Source: Folioceros fuciformis
Lineage: Eukaryota
Assembly: GCA_049999805.1 (NCBI GenBank)
Contig: JBNGIO010006406.1
Span: 206,045-226,044, forward strand
Direction of reading: 5' to 3'
Length of the DNA: 20,000 nucleotides
Made by a program: the position numbers and the translations under genes. Below, piece after piece: positions 1 to 9,589 of the stretch. Below the pieces are notes generated by a model. The model saw only the letters and a list, made by a program, of their open reading frames with translations. It had not been told where the DNA came from and ran no database searches. Position 1 is the stretch's first letter. The number at the start of each line of letters is the position of its first letter.

Positions 1-323
1 CCCTGCAGCAACTGGTGGATCCGCGGCTCAGCCTCCACTCCCCTGAAGAGAAGGAAGTACTCGACATGGCCATCATTGCAAACTGGTGTACCCAACGTGC
101 ATCCAGCGTGCGGCCCAAGATGCGGACTGTATGGCTCATGCTCAACGGCACCATTGACATCCCAGAGCTCCCCAAGAACACTCAATCTAAAGGCTCATTC
201 GGCTATCCCATATTGTCGGACAGGTCCAACACCAACAGCTCATCTCCCAGCTCCGGATCAGTCTCCCAGTTTGCAGAACATCAGGAGTCGCAAATGGCCA
301 ACCTCATCCCCAGAGGTACCTAG
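1..323 (+). CDS. 3' end of a receptor-like Ser/Thr kinase gene (kinase subdomain XI and C-tail; SD-2/LRK10L-like); the gene starts upstream of the window
   Basis: Translation LQQLVDPRL...EVLDMAIIANWCTQRASSVRPKMRTVWLMLNGTIDIPELP matches the plant RLK C-terminal pattern (lvDp.l...v.....a.wC.q.....RP.M..V..mL.g...ip..P). It is followed by a Ser-rich tail and a TAG at 321-323. Confidence 0.8.
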   Translation, partial: LQQLVDPRLSLHSPEEKEVLDMAIIANWCTQRASSVRPKMRTVWLMLNGTIDIPELPKNTQSKGSFGYPILSDRSNTNSSSPSSGSVSQFAEHQESQMANLIPRGT

Positions 324-845
324 GCGCAGCTATCTCGCCGGTCACCTTCTCCGTCTTACATCCTACATTTCCCTACAGGCACATCAGCACAACATTTTTT
401 GCGAGGCCAATGTTGCACAAGGGAGGAGGTCAAATTCGCTTTCAGGGCCTGCTTAAGGTAGTGTTGGGAGTACGAATTCTGCTTCGCTTTCGGGGCCTTG
501 GTACGGTGGTGTACAAGACTTGCGATTCCCATTGGCGTCGTAACTGACGAATCAAAGTTTGACCAGCCGAACTTGGATCAGTCAAGCCTTCAAGCTCTCC
601 CCAATGAGCTCTAATCCTTGGGCCTGAACAAGAAGGGTCAACAGCGCAAAGTTTACACATGTGTTGTCGCAGTCGCAAGAAATGGCTATGGAGACTTAAT
701 CTTGACTACTTTCTCCTTTTTTTCCGCATATGATAATACCCATCTCCGTTTCTGTCGGTAGCTGTTTCTTCAGCGCCTCACGCGCCTCAAAAAATGGCCA
801 TGGCACCGAGTTTGGTGTCTTTAACTGAGACGGTCTCGAGGGTGC

Positions 846-2312
846 TCAAAAAACCGGAGAATTAACAACCGTTTCCAGTTCTCTCGTTTCCGTGTCTGCG
901 GCAGGAGCAGTGGGAACCTTGGGCTGTAAGTCGATGAATTCGTTGGACTTGCGTGCAAGATGGGCTATGCTCACTCTTCCCGTTCTCTTGATGTAGTCAG
1001 CAACAGCTTGCATCTCCTCTGGAGAAATGTAAATGAATTTTCCTCTATCATCCATCACTCCTGATAGTCTCCCTGTGAAGTGAAATAGCAGCCGTCAGTG
1101 CTCATATCTGTGTATGGCAATGTCATTTCTTTTTCTTTGAAACTCCGGGCAACAAAAGACATGACTCACCTATTTGCTCCAGTTCTTGGATCCGGTTGAT
1201 GCAATCCTGAGACTTCATCTTAAACTCCCCAGCTAAGTCTTCTATGCCGACACATTTCTGCTCCTGTACATATACAAAAACAAGTCAACTTGCATGGCAA
1301 CTTGTCCTGCCATACTTTAAGAATCATCAGGGCATGACAGCATTCCCATACCTTGATAAACTCCACGAAATCGTTTAAAAGACTTTGTGTCTCAGCTTCT
1401 TCCGCCGCTAGGGTACCTTCATTTTCTACAGAGAACGCCCCCTTCCACTTCTCAAACTCCTCATTGGCTGCTGCTTCCTCTTTTTCTTTCTGCAGTCGAG
1501 CCGCTTCTTCCTGTTCCACACAACTGGTAAGCAACAAACGCAGAACTGCTTTCGCAAGCACCATCTTGCACAAGGAAATGTATCCATACCTTACGCTGCT
1601 CTTCGGCTTCCCTCTCCAAATCTTTTTTTCGTCGCATCTCTGCATAGTGGTCTGCTTTCTCCTGCCTGCTCTCTCTAGCCAAAGCTTCTGCCTGCATCAG
1701 GAAAGAGAGCTCAGGATCCGGACTGCAGCCGAATTCTGGACCCCATGCCCAGATGCAAAGCTCTCGTACACCGAAATCCTCACCTGCCTCCTGGCCGCGT
1801 TTTCTTGCTTCTTGGCATCCTTCTTCCTAGCGTTTTTCGCCACGTAATATCCACCATCCCCTTGCCCCTGCTCTTCTTCTTCCTCAGCCTCTCCACTTCC
1901 TTCACCTGCAAGTAGACCAACGGGCTTAGGGTAGACTACACACAAACAGCTCCACAACAACCTCTCGGCAAGAGAACAGCATCTACACCAGAAGTAGAAG
2001 CCGCGGCTGCTGCTGCTGCCGTCGCTCCTGGTCTCCTTCGCATCCGCTGCGTGCCCCTGGTTGCTGGCCCCCGTGCAACAGCAGGACCGGGAGCGCCATC
2101 CACCCTCTCCGCATCCTGTGCAGTGCATCCCGCAAACAGTCACCACCTTGCTCCACGAAAATGCTTCCTCATACTTCTCTCACATCTCCATCCACAAATA
2201 CCTCGTCAGAACCAGGGACGTCAACGGTACTAGGATGAGATTGGCCGCGCCATCTCCTCACGCCAAGCACCAGCAGCACCACGAACAACACCAACCCAAC
2301 TAAAGGAAGCAT
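846..2312 (-). CDS. DDRGK1: DDRGK domain-containing protein 1 (UFBP1; ER-anchored UFMylation adaptor), 7 exons: complement(join(846..1072,1170..1263,1352..1510,1590..1691,1784..1905,1989..2115,2202..2312)), 313 aa
   Basis: All six introns are GT..AG and the phases join into one open frame (942 nt). N-terminal signal anchor [24 protein letters not shown] motif, Glu/Lys-rich coiled coil, [12 protein letters not shown], and the PCI-like end with [40 protein letters not shown]. Confidence 0.95.
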
Positions 2313-2629
2313 GGTTTTCCAGCAATGGAAAGGAGGAGCGCAATGCCAATTCCTGATCCCGATGGTGAGTTTTCCTGTAGCCACTCGGTTTCGAGGCACG
2401 GTCGATCAAGTTACGGATATACCATGTTCATAGAAGCTTTCCTTGCAACTCCGATGGTAATGTCACAGCTAGTCTTCTGCCAACACCACTGCCAGCCGGC
2501 GCGGAACGCGAATTTAAACTTGTGGTCTGTGCAGTCCGAGTGTTGTTTAGATTCGCAAAACAGAAGAAATTCCGAGAAATTACACGAGGCATCGTCTGCT
2601 TGCATCTCGGGGTCGCCCGGCGGGACCCG

Positions 2630-3950
2630 CGTTCTTGACCTTCCACGCAACATTGGCCTCGCAAAATCAGTTGTCCTGATGTGTGCGTGTAGGGAATTGT
2701 AGGATGTAGGATGGGCAGGTGGCGGGCGACACCAGAATGCCAGGTATTAGGCAGTGGTATGGGTTGTGGAGGTGAAAAGGGGAGGCAGTGGTGTTGGAGC
2801 TGATCTGAGGCAGGTCGGTTCTCCTGCCCATTGAGAAATCCGGTATGGGCTGGACAGAGCTGTCCGATAGTATGGGCTTCACGACGACCCCATTATATCG
2901 TGCCGGAGCTCTGGGATATCGATGTGGTGGACATGTTCAGTACTTCCTTCTCTTCAGGGAACTGGAGGCTGAGCCTCGGATCTAACAATAGAAGGGAGGA
3001 ATCCTTTTGGCTTAGTTTCTGAGCCCACTCCACCAGGTCGACTTTCTTCGAGGGAAAGTCCTGGTTCACTACGCCTCTTCCACTCACAAGCTCCAGGAGG
3101 ACGATGCCGAAGGAGCGTACTCTGCTTTGGTCATGTCGGAAAGTTTCAAGGATGTCAACTGGACAGTCAGTGTGTTTACATAGTATGCAGCAGCGAGCCT
3201 GTGAAGGGTTTAGGGTGGAGCAAGATACCCCTTATGGCCCCGTGGTGATATGGGTGTTGGCCAACATCATCGTACAGGCTTGCAACTCCAAAATCTGCTA
3301 CCCGGGCATGGAAGTCCCTGATGTTGATAGGTTTCACGTCACAGTGAATCATACGTTTGAAGTACCGTATACGGTACTTGGATTCATCATGGAGGTAGAC
3401 TAGTCCACTGGCACTCCACGGAAACCTGTAGAGTACCTGTCTAGGGGATTTTCCGGCAAGAAATCCAGGCCTGCATTGTGCTTGCATTCTGTGCAGATTC
3501 AGGAGTCTGTCTCACCCAGACAATGCAGGAGAATTCAGACACGCTAGCTTTTACAGCATGAGTTTGTATGTGGAAGCGACCCAGATTTTAAGTGGTAAGA
3601 GATCACCCCTTTCCCAGGAAGGCCGCTGACGACCATTTTCACTTGTCAGCCACAATACAAGTCTTGCCCGAAGAATCGTTTTCACATTTGGTTGGAGGCA
3701 CAATCTGGAGCTTCAAGTCGGGTGGTTGAGCCAAGTAGATCTGCCAGTTCGGATGAACAAATTCCCAGTTCTGCATATGTAACACAACACGGAAATATTG
3801 TAAGAGGATCTGTGTGGCTGAATGTCGAGCGGGGAATTCGACAGGCCACGCTTCCACCTCTACGGAACGAAAGCTGTAGCGACAACGGGAAGCCTCAGTC
3901 CAAGAAAGAGTGATGATAAACAGGCCCAACAAATTAGGGCAGCAGATTTT
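2630..3950 (-). pseudogene. Degenerate receptor-like kinase (non-RD, HCD-type), inverted paralog of the kinase at 1-440, including its 3' UTR
   Basis: Motif remnants across frameshifts: TM-like LLGLFIITLSW, juxtamembrane TYAEL...LG, GLVYLHDE, IHCDVKP.NI...ARVADFG, KA..SFGIVLLELVSGR, LVEWAQ, LLDPRLSLQFPEEKEVLNM. About 76 nt of subdomain XI is deleted relative to 76-151. The reverse complement of 2630-2735 aligns with 331-440 (shared ttgcgaggccaatgttgc and tacatcctaca.ttccctaca). Confidence 0.85.
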
Positions 3951-4331
3951 GACTAGCATTCATGGTAAGGAGGTGTATTACGGGAGCACAGACCGTGTTC
4001 ACATTGTGCATCATTTTATTGTCATGGTCCACTTGTTTTTGTAGTTTTGTTTTCCCTTCGAGAGGTAAAGAGGGGCAAGTAGATTGCTGGCCATAGAGAA
4101 GCTCCTTCTGGGGTGCATCTGATCCTTGTGGGAGAGGCTTTCTTGTGGCTCGCTCTCGGATCATTTCCAGTCTCATCTCAATCCTCATCAATTTGAGACT
4201 ACGACTCTAAGAAGGCTGTGCAATCAAGTCGCATTGGGGCTTTTGGGCTTAAGTCTTACCCAGACTAGGTCACTATGTAGGTGGACATAGAAAACGCCTT
4301 CAACACAATATCTAGGGCAGCTATTTGGGAT

Positions 4332-4366
4332 GGGCCCCCGTCAATTCCTTTGAGTTTCATTCTTGC
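4332..4366 (-). pseudogene. rrn16: Plastid 16S rRNA fragment (35 nt)
   Basis: Reverse complement GCAAGAATGAAACTCAAAGGAATTGACGGGGGCCC is the conserved 16S ~900 region with the plastid-type AAGAATGAAAC. Confidence 0.9.
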
Positions 4367-4528
4367 TTTGCTATTTGAAGATATCTCTTCTAATCACTCT
4401 TCTTTGTAATTTTCCTCTAAGAGGGGGAATAGATGAATTATTAAACTTTTTCCGCATCAGTTATCCTAGCACAGATATTTCTCCACCTCGTGGGAACTAC
4501 GAGATCGCTCCAAGGATGCCGAAAGCAT

Positions 4529-4561
4529 GTGAAGGCCCCCAGCCGCATAGATAGTTCAATG
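4529..4561 (+). pseudogene. trnI: Fragment of the plastid trnI-GAU group II intron
   Basis: tgtgaaggcccccagccgcatagatagttcaatg resembles the recalled trnI intron 5' region TGTGAGGGCTCTCAGCCACATGGATAGTTCAATG. Confidence 0.7.
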
Positions 4562-4747
4562 ATTCAATATTCCAAAATGGTATTTTTTTGATGAGAATAA
4601 AAAGATTCTAATCTTTTACGAGATTAATCCTTCTACATCCTTAAAAAACTCCTCATACATTATCTGAATGTAGGTAAGTGTATGTGACAAAGTGTAAGAA
4701 AATATAGTAAAATTTAGTCAATTAAACTTAAATAAGAAACTTAATCT

Positions 4748-4779
4748 TGCAGTATCAGTCAGCCATAACCCCCCGTTAC
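4748..4779 (-). pseudogene. psaA: psaA fragment (V-T-G-G-L-W-L-T-D-T-A)
   Basis: Reverse complement gtaacggggggttatggctgactgatactgca encodes the PsaA VTGGLWLTDTA motif, one base short around the G run. Confidence 0.75.
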
Positions 4780-4811
4780 ACAAAACAGAATTCATACTAG
4801 TTTTTTTATCA

Positions 4812-4842
4812 GCGGGTATAGTTTAGTGGTAAAAGTGTGATC
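4812..4842 (+). pseudogene. trnG: Plastid trnG-UCC exon 1 plus the first bases of its group II intron
   Basis: GCGGGTATAGTTTAGTGGTAAAA (23 nt exon 1) is followed directly by GTGTGAT (intron start). Exon 2 is absent. Confidence 0.9.
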
Positions 4843-4934
4843 CTTTATTGCTTCGATGGCATGGCAAGTAGATCTAGTAAGCGTAAGAAATAATAATCAC
4901 TACAATAGAAATATGGGAAAATGTAGGTAAATGT

Positions 4935-4974
4935 AGTGCGTAATAGCTCACTGATCAAGCGCTCTTGCGCCGAA
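4935..4974 (+). pseudogene. rrn23: Plastid 23S rRNA fragment (GTPase-associated region)
   Basis: agtgcgtaatagctcactgatcaagcgctcttgcgccgaa versus plastid 23S AGTGCGTAATAGCTCACTGATCGAGCGCTCTTGCGCCGAA (one G>A change). Confidence 0.88.
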
Positions 4975-5159
4975 AAGACCAAACCCTTTGCGTGGGCCCG
5001 CCGTGCTTCTCTCGCAGCCGGCACCGAAACAGTTAAATAGCTTATGCTCCTAGAACAGAAGCCTTTTGAAGTGTGGATATGAAGTGTAGAGTTAACATAA
5101 GAGCGTTTTGTAAAACATAATGCTCAATAATGCTCATTGGGCTTCTTTCACCCTGCTTC

Positions 5160-5200
5160 ATACCGTCATTGCTTCTTCTCTAAGAAAAGGAGTTTGACGA
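5160..5200 (-). pseudogene. rrn16: Plastid 16S rRNA fragment (V3 region)
   Basis: Reverse complement ...cttttcttagagaagaagcaatgacggtat matches plastid 16S CTTTTC...GAGAAGAAGCAATGACGGTAT. Confidence 0.85.
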
Positions 5201-5221
5201 AATAGGAATAGATAAAATTGA

Positions 5222-5274
5222 AACAGACTGCCGGTGATAAGCAGGAGGAAGTGAGAGCGAAATGGGAGTAGCCT
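5222..5274 (+). pseudogene. 16S rRNA fragment (5222-~5255) fused directly to a 23S rRNA fragment (~5255-5274)
   Basis: aacagactgccggtgataagcaggaggaag corresponds to 16S AACAGACTGCCGGTGATAAGCCGGAGGAAG. gagcgaaatgggagtagccta corresponds to 23S GAGCGAAATGGGAGCAGCCTA. Confidence 0.8.
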
Positions 5275-5275
5275 A

Positions 5276-5314
5276 TCCAATAGGATTCGAACCTACATCA
5301 TAGGTTTAGAAGAC
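5276..5314 (-). pseudogene. trnR: 3' half of an organellar tRNA-Arg(UCU)
   Basis: Reverse complement GTCTTCTAAACCTATGATGTAGGTTCGAATCCTATTGGA has the anticodon loop CTTCTAA and T-arm GGTTCGAATCC. The 5' half is missing. Confidence 0.82.
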
Positions 5315-5412
5315 GAATTTTTTCCTAAAATTGGGGCAAGCCATAAGCCTTTGCTATTCCTTTATTAACCAATCAATCACTTATTCTTATTCCGGTATGA
5401 TATTCACATTCG

Positions 5413-5445
5413 AGTGCAATGCTCTGACCTCTGAGCTAAACAGGC
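5413..5445 (-). pseudogene. trnT: 5' half of plastid tRNA-Thr(UGU)
   Basis: Reverse complement GCCTGTTTAGCTCAGAGGTCAGAGCATTGCACT matches the trnT-UGU 5' half and is truncated at the anticodon loop. Confidence 0.8.
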
Positions 5446-8139
5446 TTGTCTTTTTTTTCTTGCAAAAAATGAAAATATTTTTTATTGGATTTATTTTTAT
5501 CAAAAAAGAAATAGGCCCCAAGTCAAAAAAGTTATTGCATGAGGTTTTAGTAGCATTGGGAGAGAAAGAAAGTAAGAGCTGAAAAGTGCGGTTGGATCAC
5601 AATTTCTCAATTTCAACTTTTTGAAGGAAAAATGACTTTAAATCTTTGTGTAATGGCTCCTAATGCTTATGGTTCTAATTATCTTCGTCCCCAATGTGTA
5701 TATGTCAGTAATAATAGTTTTTTTCTTTGAAGAAAAATAGGAAAAAAATTCATTCTTTTTTTCTTTCTATAGTTTAATATAGAAAAGCCGAAAAAACAAA
5801 AAAAATGAGCTTTTGGGCTTTGGTGGGCAATTGATGAACCTCATTCCTTTTACCCCTTCATTCTATAGCTCACCTTCTCTCCTCTACTAGGGAATTTTGT
5901 GCGTGATTCAATGGAAGGCACAAGACAGGGTGTTCCATTGGGGCATCTTTATGATGTCTCACTTTAGAGCCCTTTCTCTTACTGCCTTATTAATTACATC
6001 CCTCTATTCTTATATCTCTATGTGGCGAACAATTCTCACATTTTGGGACCAAGTGATACACAAGTGCAGCTTTCAAGCTTTTCTCCTTAGAGCTAGCTCG
6101 TATTGGTCTTAAGGTGAAGTTATCTAAGTGTAGGGTTTGGTCCACTTCTACATGATTGCTTCCTTTGCTCTTCTCGGGAGATGAAATTACTTCCTCACAA
6201 GACCTCCAAGTTTTGGGGGTCATGGTGGGACCTCCAACCTTTGTCCCAGGCTTTGCGAATGCGGCCCTTGAGAAGGACCTAGCCCATGCAGATGACTTCG
6301 GTAATTTAAGAGACCTACATGTGGCTTTCGGAATTCTTTCCTCATGTTTTGCACATCATCCGTTGTACCTTCTTCGAACCCCCTCTTTGACATTCTTAGC
6401 AAGCTAGAGGAGCTTTAACAATATGATCATGTAGGTTTGTGGTGATATGATTGGTCGTGGTACTTTTGAGTATGACATGGGGGACCTTGCTTGGCAACAT
6501 GCATCTCTTTCTATCTTGTTTGGAGGCATTTGTTTGCTAGTAATGGAGATATTGGCACTAGTAGCATTTCTCAAGAGTAGGGTCCTTTTGCCTCCTACTT
6601 TAACTTTCCATTTTCTCATTCATGATGCGTGCATTTTGGAATCTTTCGTCCTTAGTGGTGAGAAGGGTGCCCTCCCTTTGCAGGTGTCCCTAAGATCGGC
6701 TAGGGACTCTCTTTCTTTTGCGGCTAAGACTGCTATGCCTCAATTTTCATCTCTTCTTGCGAGGGGAATTCAGGGGCTCCAAGTTTCTCTTCTTGAGAAG
6801 AATTACGAGTAGATGTAGCTCAATCTTCTTCATGATTCTTTTATCCCCAAGCCTGTTTAGGTGCAAGCTCTTGGCTTGACCAGACATTTAGGCTTTCCAA
6901 ATCGCTCCAACCACATTCTCTATTGCAATGACGTTTTGCCTTGATTTGGTCTAGCCTTTGGCCTGCTCTTTCTCCTCTTGCAGTTGCGGGGCGCATATAG
7001 ACAACTTTGGTACTCATCTTGCCCCTTGCCTGATTGGGGGTCAATGAATTACTACACAACGTTGTGTGAAGATGTCATGTTTTTGTTGGCCAAGGAGGTA
7101 GGCTTTGTGCCCCTCAGGGAGCGCCAATACACTTTACTTAATGGCATTTCTCTTCGGGTTGATCTTTTCCTCTTCAAGGAGATATATCAAGTTTTTATTG
7201 CTAATGTGGTCATAACTAACCCCACACGGGTCACAGCCTATGAGTAGGTTGTTTTCAACTCTCAACGTAGGGCGGCAAAGGGGAGTGCATTGGTCAAGGT
7301 TCATAAGTACAACCCTTTACAGGTTGGACACATCTTTATCGTGCAAGGTATTTTCCAAGTTTTTGAAGTCTTGCGCCAGGGGATTCATAAGAGGAAAAAT
7401 GAGCTTGGTCTTTTCTCTTTCATATATTGTAGCATTTTTCTTGGTAGAGGTTTCCATTGCTCTATAACAAGCATTGGCTAATGCCATATATAAGACGTTA
7501 GCAATGGCAGATTGGGCAACATCAACAACTCTAGTGCTTGGTAAAGCCTTTCTTCTCCCACCAAACCATGATGTTTTAGGTGGTCTTGGTAGTGATTAGG
7601 CTTTGAGGGGTTAACCCCTAGTTTATCTCCCTCTCTCTAGGGTTAGATGGATTTTTCCATCTTGATTTTCTAAAATAAATCATATTATTTAAAGGTAGAT
7701 AAAATTATCAAATAGGATTAAAATTTTAATAAGTTCCTCCCAAAATGCATAATTATAATTAATTACTTCCTTATTATAATTTTAATGTATATATAAAACA
7801 AAGCTATGTAGGATATTTTAGTTAATTCATGAATCCTTCATAGAAAATTTGAGCACCAATCTACAGGGAAGAGGAGACATCCCACCATAATAGTTCACGG
7901 CCATGCTGATCTTAGCTAGAGTCTAAGGAGTGCCATTGCGATGTAATTTGGGTAGAAGAATAATTTAGACAAGATTGATTGGGTTTCATCATTTGATCAT
8001 AAGTGTTCACAGATCGGTTTGTTTTCCCTTGTCTCGATTGGCTTTTGATCATCAGTAGCCAAAGATCGGCTTGTTTTCCCTTGTCTTAAACACAACAATG
8101 GTTGGCAAAGCTTGGAATCGACTTGTTTCTCCTTTGTCT

Positions 8140-8526
8140 CATGAACTAAACAATCTGGCATCGACTTCCTTCTTCGTCATCCCATGAACAAAACAATCTG
8201 GCATCGACTTCCTTCTTCGTCGTCCCATGAACAGAACAATCTGGCATCGACTTCCTTCTTCGTCGTCCCATGAACAGAACAATCTGGCATCGACTTCCTT
8301 CTTCGCCGTCCCATGAACAAAACAATCTGGCATCGACTTCCTTCTTCGCCGTCCCATGAACAAAACAATCTGGCATCGACTTCCTTCTTCGTCGTCCCAT
8401 GAACAAAACAATCTGGCATCGACTTCCTTCTTCGTCGTCCCATGAACAAAACAATCTGGCATCGACTTTCTTCTTCGTCGTCCCATGAACAAACCAATCT
8501 GGCACCGACTTCCTTCTTCGTCGTCT
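8140..8526. repeat. 43-bp minisatellite, 9 near-perfect units, with degenerate related units flanking it (~7990-8870)
   Basis: Unit catgaacaaaacaatctggcatcgacttccttcttcgtcgtcc starts at 8140, 8183, 8226, 8269, 8312, 8355, 8398, 8441 and 8484; a decaying unit starts at 8527. Confidence 0.97.
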
Positions 8527-9589
8527 CATGAACAAAACAGCCAGGCATCGACTTCTTCTTTGTCTCATGAGCGGAACGTCTTCTTTGTCTCATGAGCGAA
8601 AGTCTGGCATCAACTTGCTTCTTTGTCTCATGGACAGAACAGCCTGACATTGACTTGTTTCTTGTTTCCCCTTTGTCTGATGAATAGGACAGCTTGGCAT
8701 GATGGCATGAACTTATTTCTGCTTTGTCTCCTCTACCCTCCACAGTCTATTTGTCTCATATAGCCTACAGAACCTATTTGTCTCATCCTGCCTACACTAG
8801 GTTGTGTTCAACGTGCTTGCCAGGGCTGGTTGATCATCAGTAGCCAGACATCGACTTGTCCTTCCTTATCTAAGACCGCAGCAAGGTCTTTCTTGTATGA
8901 GACAACGTAGCCATCGTCAGCGGTATTCGACGCGGATCATTAGCCTTATGAGACGTCAGTCGCAGTTGACAGCACATCAATTGCAACAGGCTTAGGGAGA
9001 ACTTCAGGGTCTAACCGTGGTGGTGCATTGCAGTAGACTAGGCCCGAAGCTACCAGACTAGACCCGAAGCTGACAGACTGTGGTCAACTCTGGTGGAGGC
9101 CATACCCAAGATCCAACAACACCATTCTCGTCTGGCGAGATCATCCGAGATCTGCTACTACTACAGTGAACATACGGGCACAGGTTGGGAGTGAGAAGCG
9201 AGCAGGGATCGTTGACAGGAAGAACTTCTGTTGGCTTGATCACATACTGATGTCAAGACTTTGACCAGACTTCGCGTCTAGAAGACACTTTGGAACATGT
9301 GACAAGCAATTTTCCAGACCATGACCCGACCTTCCCATCTCCCCGGAACAATGGTTTGAAGATGAGCAAGCCAACCACAACGCCAATGAGACTAACCAGT
9401 TCACACCTCACTTCTCTCAGCTTCAAGAATTGGCCTTGATGACGAGAGAAAAACTCAACTGGGGATTCCCCATCCGTGGACATCACTCATGTACTTGCAA
9501 GGAAGTCCATCAGAGGGTCACAACAAGCTGGGCGGGAGGTGATACGGTTTGAAAAACTTAGCAGCCAAGCTGGGCAGCTGTGGGACTGT

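Larger units (their letters stand above)
4333..5807. other. Nuclear plastid DNA insertion (NUPT) built as a mosaic of very short fragments
   Basis: Abrupt AT-rich block containing at least 9 recognisable plastid rRNA, tRNA, intron and psaA snippets in both orientations. The retroelement reading frame resumes exactly after it. Confidence 0.88.
3990..7600 (+). mobile_element. Decayed CRE-like non-LTR retrotransposon (reverse transcriptase plus C-terminal restriction-like endonuclease), interrupted at 4333-5807
   Basis: Collinear motif remnants with stops and frameshifts: RLLAIEK...LILVGEAF (RPIAVGE), HLNPHQF, VDIENAFNTISRAAI (4282-4326), GTRQGVPLG (QGDPLG), YVANNSHILG (YxDD), GLKVKLSKC, LQVLGV, YLLRTP, QHASLSILFGGI (QASLP..GGLG), then HNTL...AKEVGF...E....RVDL...ANVVITNP and KVHKY (RLE-type RHD/PD-D/KxxKY). 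The ends are approximate. Confidence 0.8.

Noticed and set aside
4333-5807. Functional tRNA/rRNA genes, or a CRISPR-like spacer archive of plastid pieces
   Set aside because: All RNA genes are partial, and no repeated sequence separates the spacer-sized fragments.
7610-7650. Telomere-like tagggttag at the 3' end of the CRE-like element as a target site
   Set aside because: It is only about one unit, and similar short matches occur elsewhere in the window (12004, 13009).
8140-8526. CRISPR-like array
   Set aside because: The units are contiguous with no unique spacers, there are no cas genes, and the context is eukaryotic. It is a minisatellite.
8139-8743. Three repetitive minus-strand ORFs as proteins
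   Set aside because: They are a by-product of a stop-free 43-bp unit cycling through all three frames.
9050-9560. Possible further decayed gene fragment on the plus strand
   Set aside because: The composition looks coding-like, but I could not assign any motif with confidence.
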